Assembly: GCA_965198225.1 (NCBI GenBank)
Contig: CBDAOY010000007.1
Coordinates: 320,001-384,000 of the forward strand
Direction of reading: 5' to 3'
DNA: 64,000 nucleotides
From: Terriglobia bacterium
GTDB lineage: Bacteria; Acidobacteriota; Terriglobia; 20CM-2-55-15
The stretch's first letter is position 1, and every line of letters begins with the position of its first letter. Positions 10,457-18,488 of the stretch are shown here, piece by piece. Under the pieces are notes generated by a model. It had not been told where the DNA came from. It worked only from the letters and a program-made list of their open reading frames with translations, and did not search any database. The translations under genes were made by a program, and so were the position numbers.

Positions 10457-10494
10457 TGCACTTCTCCCACGCGTTTCCCGCCCGTTCCGATGAG
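10457..10494 (+). promoter_or_regulatory. Putative ECF-sigma promoter, copy 1
   Basis: TGCAC-TTCTCCCACGCGT-TTCCCGC...GATGAG; same spacing as the motifs at 11670 and 18407. Confidence 0.55.
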
Positions 10495-10516
10495 ACCGAA
10501 TCGGAGGTGAAACGCA

Positions 10517-11197
10517 ATGAGTCGATCACAGAAGCGGGCCGGGGCGCTGATACTCTTCCTAACGATGAGCTCCCTTCTGCCGGAAAGAGGGTGGGCCGGG
10601 GAGGCACCGAGAGTGCTTCGCCTTCAAGTAAGTGCCTACGTGCGACTGCCCGAGGGTGCGCTGGCCCGCGCCCAGCAACAGGTCGATCGGATCTTCCGCA
10701 GGGCCGGAGTGGTGCCGGTTTGGGTCGATGCCCAGGTCTGTGGCGACAACCCCGCCCTCAGTTCGTGCCGGCCATGGATCCGGCTCTACATTCTGCCGCG
10801 CTCGTTCGTCGTTTGGGACACCTCCGTGATGGGGCTGGCCGACAACAAGGCGGGTCTGGGGCCGAGGGCCTATGTCTTCTATGATCGTCTTCGATGCCTG
10901 GTCGAACGCCATACGCGGAAACAAGAAAGACGGTCCACGATAGCGGCAGTCCTGGGGCACGTGATCGCACACGAACTCGGTCACCTGCTGCTCCCAACCG
11001 CGAATGATCATTCGCGGGTCGGCGTCATGCAAGCTCGCTGGACGTCGAACGTCCTCCAGCGTGCTCGAAGCGGTAGTCTTGGCTTCACCGGAGAACAGGC
11101 CCGTTTGATCCGAACTGAACTGGACGGGCGGCTGCACGACTACGCCTCCAGGACTGAAACAGTCCCCTTGGCCGCGAGCTTCGGTGGACCTCATTAG
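10517..11197 (+). CDS. Secreted HExxH zinc-metallopeptidase-like protein 1
   Basis: GGAGG RBS; signal peptide; 'GHVIAHELGHLLLP...HS.VGVM' (HExxH, third His, Met-turn). Confidence 0.7.
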   Translation: MSRSQKRAGALILFLTMSSLLPERGWAGEAPRVLRLQVSAYVRLPEGALARAQQQVDRIFRRAGVVPVWVDAQVCGDNPALSSCRPWIRLYILPRSFVVWDTSVMGLADNKAGLGPRAYVFYDRLRCLVERHTRKQERRSTIAAVLGHVIAHELGHLLLPTANDHSRVGVMQARWTSNVLQRARSGSLGFTGEQARLIRTELDGRLHDYASRTETVPLAASFGGPH

Positions 11198-11358
11198 CAG
11201 GCTGCTGAAAAACTCCGTTTTTCGGCTGTCTGTGTCGCGGCATAGGATGTGCCGCCATTTTCGATGGCTGTAAGCCATTGAGAATGTGAGGCACCTGAGA
11301 ATCACACTTCTCAGGTGACGTTGCTGAAAAAGCCATTGAGGGCTTTTTCAGCATCCTG
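11198..11358. mobile_element. 161-bp MITE with IS5-like ends
   Basis: TIRs CAGGCTGCTGAAAAA / TTTTTCAGCATCCTG (14/15), flanked by TTAG direct repeats at 11194-11197 and 11359-11362. Confidence 0.75.
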
Positions 11359-11378
11359 TTAGAGGGTCTCCCGGATCA

Positions 11379-11598
11379 GTCGCCTCACCCGTTCGTCATT
11401 TCCCGGTGAAGCCAGGCCTTGGCCAGATTCCAGGAAGCTCCCGGCGTTTTCGGAGTGTGCAAGGAGCGATTCGACCTCTCGACGAAGCGCTTCGTCTCCC
11501 ACACATACTTCCCCCAGGAAAGTGCCGCGGTCGTGGGGCTCGCGCTCCAGCGCCTGGCGAAACAGCGTTTCGACCTGGTTCCAGCGTTTGTCGGTCAT
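11379..11598 (-). pseudogene. Chimeric remnant: kinase N-terminus joined to the 3' end of an ECF sigma gene
   Basis: 11433-11598 encodes MTDKRWNQVETLFRQALE...AGSFLE (paralog of the 10383 start); 11379-11433 matches 12493-12547 at 54/55 nt. Confidence 0.85.
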
Positions 11599-11669
11599 GG
11601 GCCGGTTGAGTAAATATTTTCGCAAACTTATCACCTCCCGATCCGGCCTCGCAAAAAAAACACCCCAGC

Positions 11670-11707
11670 TGCACTTCTCCGACGCGTTTCCCGCCCGTTC
11701 AGATGAG
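11670..11707 (+). promoter_or_regulatory. Putative ECF-sigma promoter, copy 2
   Basis: TGCAC-TTCTCCGACGCGT-TTCCCGC...GATGAG, preceded by an A-tract. Confidence 0.55.
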
Positions 11708-11729
11708 ACCGGATCGGAGGTGAAACGCA

Positions 11730-12470
11730 ATGAGTCGATCACGGAGGCAGGCCGGGGCGCTGATCCTCTTCCTAACGATGAGCTCCCTTCTGCCGGAGAG
11801 AGTGTGGGCCGGGGAGGTACCGCGAGTGCTTCGCCTTCAGGTAGGTGCGTACGTTAGATCCCCGGTCTTCGCCCAGCCCCGCGACGCGGGCCCAATACTA
11901 ATTCTGATCGTCCTAAACAGGGCTGGAGTCCCCAACGAAGTACTCATTCAGGCAAGAGATCACGTCGAACGGATCTACCGGGACATCGGAGTTCAGATCG
12001 TCTGCATCGTGAACGGCGCGAACGATGGAACAGGCCTGATGGATGCGCCGCGGTTGGAAGCGTCCGACAGGAATGCTCTCAGGCTGACCATCGTTCTCAT
12101 ACACGGAGACCTTGCCGACCAGATGGACCCAGGGGGCGGCCACACGGGTCTTGCTCTCAGCAACAACGGCCGGGGCGCTCGTCGGGCTTTCGTGTTTCCC
12201 GCGCGCGTGAACCCTCAGGCGGACAAGCTGCGCGGCAAGATGCCCCCTCTCACCTACATAGCCGCGCATGGCTTGGTGCTGGGCCATGTCATCGCGCACG
12301 AAGCAGGGCATCTGATGCTTCCGCACGGCGGGCACAACTCCCGCGGGATCATGAAGGCGCTCATGGATCTACCAAGCTTGAGGGAAGCGTTGCGGGACAA
12401 TCTTCATTTTCTACCCGAAGAAGGCAACTTGATCCGCGCTGCGTTGCGGGGCCAAACCACGCAGCGGTGA
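11730..12470 (+). CDS. Secreted HExxH zinc-metallopeptidase-like protein 2
   Basis: First ~42 aa nearly identical to the 10517 protein; 'GHVIAHEAGHLMLPHGGHNSRGIM'. Confidence 0.7.
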   Translation: MSRSRRQAGALILFLTMSSLLPERVWAGEVPRVLRLQVGAYVRSPVFAQPRDAGPILILIVLNRAGVPNEVLIQARDHVERIYRDIGVQIVCIVNGANDGTGLMDAPRLEASDRNALRLTIVLIHGDLADQMDPGGGHTGLALSNNGRGARRAFVFPARVNPQADKLRGKMPPLTYIAAHGLVLGHVIAHEAGHLMLPHGGHNSRGIMKALMDLPSLREALRDNLHFLPEEGNLIRAALRGQTTQR

Positions 12471-12498
12471 ACCCTAGGGGTGGTCAGTCTGCGTCGCC

Positions 12499-13065
12499 TC
12501 ACCCGTTCGTCATTTCTCGGTGAAGCCAGGCCTTGGCCAGATTCCAGTCGTTGATCACAGTTCGCCGGGAAACCTTCAATACTTCTGCCGTGTGGTCGAC
12601 GCTGAGGCCGCCAAAGAAACGGAGCTCCACGACCTTGCTCTTGCGCTCATCCAGAACGGCAAGCTGGTCCAGAGCATCGTCCAGCGCCAGGATCTCCCGG
12701 TCGCGTTCGGGGGAGATCACCATCGAGTCTTCCAAAGGAATGGGACGGACTCCGCCGCCACGTTTCGCGTATCCGCGAGCTCGTGCGGAATCCACGAGTA
12801 TGCGCCGCATCATGCCGGCACAGACGGCGAAGAAGTGTGCCCGGTTCTGCCAGCGCACATTCTTCCAATCGATCAACCGGATGAAGGCCTCATTGATCAG
12901 CGCCGTGGCCTGTAAGGTGTGCCCGGCGCGCTCCCCGGCCATGTGTCGCCGAGCGATCCCGCGCAGTTCGCGGTAGACGATTGGGGTCAGCTCGTCCAGC
13001 GCATGCTCATCGCCGCCGGTCCAGGCTTGAAGCAACCCCGTGATTTGATGTGAAGAGGGCTCCAT
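12499..13065 (-). CDS. ECF sigma factor, kinase-associated (TIGR02999-like), sigma B
   Basis: 'ITGLLQAW..GDEHALDELTPIVYRELR', 'HTLQATALINEA', 'VVELRFFGGL', 'TVINDW..AKAWL'. Confidence 0.93.
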   Translation of the reverse strand: MEPSSHQITGLLQAWTGGDEHALDELTPIVYRELRGIARRHMAGERAGHTLQATALINEAFIRLIDWKNVRWQNRAHFFAVCAGMMRRILVDSARARGYAKRGGGVRPIPLEDSMVISPERDREILALDDALDQLAVLDERKSKVVELRFFGGLSVDHTAEVLKVSRRTVINDWNLAKAWLHREMTNG

Positions 13066-13117
13066 CGGCGACCTTGTTGTGACGCTCTTTCTCTCTTGCA
13101 GACAGGTCTGTGCCCGG

Positions 13118-13392
13118 CTAGTGGCCTGTAACGGAGATATCGGCACCATCGCCGATGGGTCTTGCCAGTCGAGGTCGAGGAGAGAGGAGGAATTGATGCG
13201 GTTTCATCATGACGACGAACGACAAAGAGATCGACGGCAACCCCCATCGGCCCGGAGGGTTGCGGCGGAACGGCACCGTCTTCGTTGTCTCTCCTCCTCG
13301 CAATGTAGGAGCATTACCTCGTCGTCGGCTCCTAGAATCCGGTGCCGTTCCACCGCAACGCTGGTACCGATATCTCCGTTACAGGCCACTAG
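13118..13392. mobile_element. 275-bp structured MITE-like element with CTAG-bounded TIRs, copy 1
   Basis: CTAGTGGCCTGTAACGGAGATATCGGCACCA ... TGGTACCGATATCTCCGTTACAGGCCACTAG; homolog in the opposite orientation at 60491-60699. Confidence 0.8.
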
Positions 13393-16060
13393 TTGCCCGC
13401 AGGAACGCGGCGGCGCAGCTCGTCGAAGAAGTTCGTGATGACCCGCAGCGTCGGGTTGGGCTCGAAGCGCTCGGGATTGTAGCGCGTAAGGAACTGCGCG
13501 CCATCGAGTGAGATGTCGTAATCGTCTCCGGGGCCATTGACGAACGGGCCTTCGAACAGGGGTCGCGGCCGGCCGGCCTCGAAGTCGGGGGTCAGGCGCA
13601 CGTCCACCGCGAAGAACCGGCTTCCGTCCCTGTAGAAAAGCCGGGGTTCGCTCGGGTGCCATAGCGGATCAATACCACCGTCTGTCGAGATCTGAATGCT
13701 CCTCCCCGTCGGGGGATACGGCATCACGTAGATTTCGTACCGTCCCGAGCTGGTCGACGCGTACGCGATCCACTCGCCGTCGGGCGAGAAACGCGCAAAC
13801 GCTTCAGAATCGCGAGTCTGAAGCAGGACTTCCGCTTTCGGCAGCTTCCCCGCATAGGGGTCGACGCCGTCGAGGCGAAGCTGCCAGAGGTCGAAACCTG
13901 TCCCCGCAGAGCGCGAGAAGAACGTCAGAACCGACCCATCTGGACTGAAGGAGTCCGGCAACGGCAGGCTGGCCGTGTCGTCCGGGGTGAGTTGCACCGC
14001 CTCCCGGCTTCGATCGGCGGGTTTCAAGAAGATGTGATCTCTCGGGTTCTCGTCTTCTGGCGATGAGAACACGCGCGAGGTGTAGGCGATGTGTTTTCCG
14101 TCGGGCGTCCATCGGGGAGTCAAGTTGCGCGCCCGGCGATTGTCTCGCAAGCCATATGTAAACCGCGATAAGTTCTCGCGGGCGATGTCCCAGAGCCAGA
14201 TGTCGCTGCTACTGCTTCCCTCCCAGATGGGGACCGCGACCTGCGTGCCGTCTGGCGAGAGAGAAAATGGGCCGAAGATTCCCGGCTCCAAGCCGAGCGG
14301 CTCGACATCCCCCTCGTGGTCCGCCCAAACCAGCGACGCTAAATCTCGGTCCTGTCCTGGCGCGTAGACCAACAGGCCGTCTTCGGAAAGAGCGAATGGC
14401 GCTCCCCCGAGGCCTCCACTTGTCCGCAGATCCTCCAGCAGCGTGACAGGTTGGCTGGTGACCTCCAGTGCCGCGAGGTCGAAGGCGACGGCGAGGAGCT
14501 TGCCACGTTCCGCATAGACGAGATGGCCGGTCGGGACGTAGCGGGCGTAATACGCCGGGGCGAGGAGTCTCCGCACTTGGCCGTTCCTCAGGGAATGGAT
14601 GCCCCCCCCCCGAAACCTCCTGTGAAGAGGAGAGCCTCTCCGCCGAGAAGAATGTCCGGCCACCAGTCCTGAGCTTGCGTGACTCTTTGCACCTGCCCGC
14701 TGCCCGTCGCGGACACTTTCGATAGCCCCTCCCCCTCCTGGGGGGTGAAGTAGATCGTGTCGTCGGGCGCCCAAGCTCCTCCCATGCTAAGTGGTGCATC
14801 GGCCAGGACGACCGGCTCGCCGCCGGCGAGCGACACCTTCTTCAGCTTACCTTCGGCAAAGAAGCCCAGCCCTTCGCCATCGGGTGAAAAGAACGGTCTT
14901 ACGCCGCCGCTCGTTCCCGGGATGGCCTCTGTCTCTCCCGTGTCCATCTGCCGGAGATACAGTTGCCTGCCACCACCGACCTGATCTGCTGCGTAGACCA
15001 GGCGGCTGCCGTCAGCAGACAGAGCCACGTGCCCCCCGGGTACCAAAGGGGCTTCCGCCGGGAGGACAAGATCGAGCCGCGTGGCAGGTTGGGTTTGGGA
15101 TTCGTCGCCCCCTCGGGTCCACTGCGACACGGCGACCGCGATCAAAAGCACAGCGGCGACGGCCCACCCCAGGAGCGGCTTCCACGCGCTTGCGTGCGGA
15201 ACAATTGCCGGCTTCTCCTCGGACTCGCCCGAGAGCAGTTCCTCGATCTCCACGCGGGCGTTGCCGATCGCCTGCAGACGTCGCCGGGCGTCTTTTTCCA
15301 GACACCGCCTGAGGAGCCTGCGAATGGCTGCTGGCGTGTCCGGAGGAAGGCGATTCCAGTCCGGCTCCACGCGAAGAACCGCCGCCAGTGTGTCCTGCAC
15401 ACTCGTACTGGCAAAGACCGAATGGCCGGTGAACATCTCATAGAGCACACAACCGAATGCCCAGGTGTCGGTCCGTTTGTCCAACCGATCTCCGCGGACC
15501 TGTTCCGGACTCATATAACCCACCGTTCCCATCATCTGTCCTTCTACGGTGGGGATCTCACTGATCGTCGGCAATTTAGAAAGATCCACGTTTGGCCCTG
15601 CATGCCGCAAGGCCTTCGCCAGGCCGAAGTCCAGTACCTTTACGTTTCCTTCAGGAGTGACCTTGATGTTGGCGGGTTTCAGGTCCCGATGAATGATTCC
15701 CTTTTCATGGGCGGCTTCTAAACCCTCGGCCACCTGGAGGCCGATATTGAGTGCGGACTCAACGGGGAGGGGGCCGGCAGAGAGGAACTCGGCCAGGGTG
15801 TCGCCTTCGACGAGTTCGAGGACCAAAAAGCGTGTCCCGTCGGACTCCTCGAGTCCATAGATGGCGGCAATGTTGGGATGGTTCAGCGACGCCAGCAGCC
15901 TGGCTTCACGCTCAAACCATACCAGCCGTTCTTCGTCTCTCGCGAATTCCTCGGGGAGGGTCTTGATCGCAACCTCGCGTCCGAGCTTGGAGTCCCGCGC
16001 ACGCCACACCTCGCCCATGCCTCCCCTGCCCAGCGGGGAGAGGACCCGGAAGGTCCCGAT
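13389..16060 (-). pseudogene. Ser/Thr kinase with TolB-like propellers (kinase B); 5'-truncated and frameshifted at a G10 tract
   Basis: ORFs 14588-16018 and 13389-14774 together align along kinase C; frame changes at C10 (14602-14611); no in-frame start upstream of IGTFRVLSPLGRGGMG. Confidence 0.8.
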
Positions 16061-16061
16061 C

Positions 16062-17525
16062 CTAGGTTTCGGTCAGTCCGAGGCCACGATTCGAGTTCGT
16101 TGCGGACCAATCGCGCGTGCCTCGGATTCCCCGTCCGTTAATCGCAACCACCCTGTCTCCCGGCCGCAGGCCCGCCTCAAACAGGATCGTGCCGGATGCG
16201 ACGCCTTCGACATGCATCGTGCCGTCAGAGAAGAACGCATCCAGACCGGCCAGGTCCGACGGCCCCCATACGATCAGGTACAGGGTGAGAACCTGCACCG
16301 CGAGGAACGAGACAGCCAGCAGATATCCCCACCACGGCACCGGTTGAAGACGCCAGAATACGGGTCGGGTCCGTCCCCGTCGTCTAGGAGCCGGATCCTG
16401 GGCCCGTAAACCACTGTCCCGGGCTTCACCTCGGTCTTCGAGCCTGCCGGCGAGTTCGCCCAGTTCTTTTTTCGCGACCGCCCCGAGTGGCCGTTCTTCG
16501 GAATCCTTCTCAAGACATCGGACCAGCAACGCCCGAACCCTCAAGCCGACGTTGCGCGGAAGTCGATCCCAATCCGGATGGACTTTCACGACCTGACTGA
16601 GGACACTCGCCATCGTCTTTCCATCGAACGCCTTCGCCCCGCTTAGCATTTCGTAAAGAACGCAGCCCAGAGCCCAGACGTCGGTCCGCGCATCGACAGA
16701 CTGACCCAGTGCCTGCTCGGGGCTCATGTAGCCCGGGGTGCCCAGGACAGCGCCGGCTTGGGTCCCAGCCCAGGCACTGCTCGAAGTCGCTTCGGAGTTG
16801 CTCGTCACGAGTGTCTTCGCCAGACCAAAATCGAGCACTTTCACCCTGCTGTCCGGCGTGACCTTGATGTTGGCCGGCTTTAGATCGCGGTGAATCACAC
16901 CCTTCTCATGTGCCGCTTCGAGGGCCTCGGCGATCTGAAGGGCAAGCTCGAGGGATTCTTCTACAGGGATAGGCCCGCTCTTCAACCGTTCGGCCAGCGT
17001 TTCGCCTTCGACCAGCTCGAGGACGAGGAAGCGTGTCCCGTTGTCTTCTTCCAAACCGTAGATCGCAGCAACATTCGGGTGATTCAACGACGCGAGCAGC
17101 CTGGCCTCGCGTTTAAACCGAGCCAGCCGTTCTTCGTCCCTGGCGAACTCTTCGGGAAGGGTCTTGATGGCCACTTCACGACCGAGTTTTTGGTCGTGGG
17201 CTTTCCACACCTCTCCCATGCCGCCCTTACCGAGCTTTTCCAGGACCTTGTAATGAGCGATGGTCTTGCCGACCATCGAGCTGTCCTCGTCGCCCAACGC
17301 CGGGACGGAATCTTCTCCAAATGTTCCCACCGGCCAGTCCACGACGGGGGCCGCCAGAAAAGATGCGGCCCGTTCCCCGTGCGCCAGCAGCGACTCCAGC
17401 TCCCGGCGGAGCCCTTCGTCACCCGCGCAAGCTTCCTCCAGAAAGGCCGCCCGCTCGCCCGGCGGACGCTCGAGGGCGGCTTGGTAGAGCTTCTCGATTC
17501 GCTCCCAGCGTTCATTAGGCTGCAT
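16062..17525 (-). CDS. Ser/Thr kinase with TM helix and truncated PDZ domain (kinase A)
   Basis: Complete kinase motifs; TM 'WWGYLLAVSFLAVQVLTLYLIVWG'; PDZ signature 'AGLRPGDRVVAINGR'; start overlaps the sigma A stop. Confidence 0.8.
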   Translation of the reverse strand: MQPNERWERIEKLYQAALERPPGERAAFLEEACAGDEGLRRELESLLAHGERAASFLAAPVVDWPVGTFGEDSVPALGDEDSSMVGKTIAHYKVLEKLGKGGMGEVWKAHDQKLGREVAIKTLPEEFARDEERLARFKREARLLASLNHPNVAAIYGLEEDNGTRFLVLELVEGETLAERLKSGPIPVEESLELALQIAEALEAAHEKGVIHRDLKPANIKVTPDSRVKVLDFGLAKTLVTSNSEATSSSAWAGTQAGAVLGTPGYMSPEQALGQSVDARTDVWALGCVLYEMLSGAKAFDGKTMASVLSQVVKVHPDWDRLPRNVGLRVRALLVRCLEKDSEERPLGAVAKKELGELAGRLEDRGEARDSGLRAQDPAPRRRGRTRPVFWRLQPVPWWGYLLAVSFLAVQVLTLYLIVWGPSDLAGLDAFFSDGTMHVEGVASGTILFEAGLRPGDRVVAINGRGIRGTRDWSATNSNRGLGLTET

Positions 17526-18099
17526 CGTCATCCTTCTCGCTGATATCGCGATGCAGCCACGTGCGAGCCAGATCCCAGTCACGCAAGACTGTCTGCGGGG
17601 AGACCTTCAACACCTGCGCGGTCTCCTTGACGCTGAGCCCACCAAAAAACCGCAGCTCCACCACTTGCGCCTTGCGCGGATCGACCGCGTCCAAGCGGCG
17701 CAGGGCATCATCCAGCGCAATCATCTCCGGAGCTCGTTTCTCCGATACCAGCGCGACTTCGTCCAGCGACACCCGCTGCGCTCCCCCGCCCCGTTTGGCG
17801 TAGCGCCGTGAGCGCGCATAGTCAACCAGAATGCGCCGCATCAACTGCGCGGCAACTGCCACGAAATGCGCCCGGTTCTGCCAGCGCGCATTCTTCCAAT
17901 CGATCAAGCGCAAATAAGCTTCATTAACGAGAGCCGTGGCTTGAAGAGTGTGGTCGGGCCGCTCCCCACGCATGTAGTGTCGGGCCAGCCGGTGCAGCTC
18001 TTGGTGGACGAGAGGTGTCAGCTTCTCCAGTGCGCTCGTGTCGCCTTCACCCCAGGCGTGAAGTAACTGCGTCGCATCCTGTGGGGATCGTACCGCCAT
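17515..18099 (-). CDS. ECF sigma factor, kinase-associated (TIGR02999-like), sigma A
   Basis: 'HTLQATALVNEAYLRL', 'WQNRAHF', 'VVELRFFGGL', 'SPQTVLRDW'. Confidence 0.93.
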   Translation of the reverse strand: MAVRSPQDATQLLHAWGEGDTSALEKLTPLVHQELHRLARHYMRGERPDHTLQATALVNEAYLRLIDWKNARWQNRAHFVAVAAQLMRRILVDYARSRRYAKRGGGAQRVSLDEVALVSEKRAPEMIALDDALRRLDAVDPRKAQVVELRFFGGLSVKETAQVLKVSPQTVLRDWDLARTWLHRDISEKDDDAA

Positions 18100-18348
18100 G
18101 GGAGTCTTTCCACTGTCGGTTTGAATGTAACCTCAAGTTAGCACACAGCCTCAGGACATTACACTTGTCTTGAGATGAGTCATCTATCGGGCTCCAGCTG
18201 GTCAGAGAAAATGAAGAGTCAACCGAGTCCCAAAGCTTCGTCAAGGGAAATGGACCTCCAAAACCCGTAGATTGGTCCCTCGGAAAGGTCGGTAAAGGAT
18301 CAATCGACATCGTCTTCCCTTTCCAATAAAGTAACGCCTACTCTCAGC

Positions 18349-18363
18349 TGGCACCGAAATTGC
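18349..18363 (+). promoter_or_regulatory. Putative sigma-54 -24/-12 promoter
   Basis: TGGCAC-CGAAA-TTGC matches TGGCAC-N5-TTGC, upstream of the 18489 gene. Confidence 0.5.
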
Positions 18364-18406
18364 CGTTCCCGCTCCCGTGGGTTTCCAGAGATTTTTCTGA
18401 TCCCGT

Positions 18407-18444
18407 TGGAGTTTTCCATCACAGTTCCCGCTTTAACAGGTGAG
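18407..18444 (+). promoter_or_regulatory. Putative ECF-sigma promoter, copy 3 (variant -35)
   Basis: TGGAG-TTTTCCATCACAG-TTCCCGC...GGTGAG; same spacing as 10457/11670 in otherwise unrelated DNA. Confidence 0.5.
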
Positions 18445-18488
18445 GGCAGCGAAAACCAGCACTCGCCCAAGGCCAGAAAGGAGGAATC

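Noticed and set aside
13118-13392. CRISPR array, tRNA or known riboswitch
   Set aside because: No repeat-spacer periodicity, cloverleaf or recognisable aptamer; the TIRs point to a MITE-like element
7495-16060. Diversity-generating retroelement explaining the near-duplicate kinases
   Set aside because: No reverse transcriptase in the window; differences are not confined to adenines and include indels
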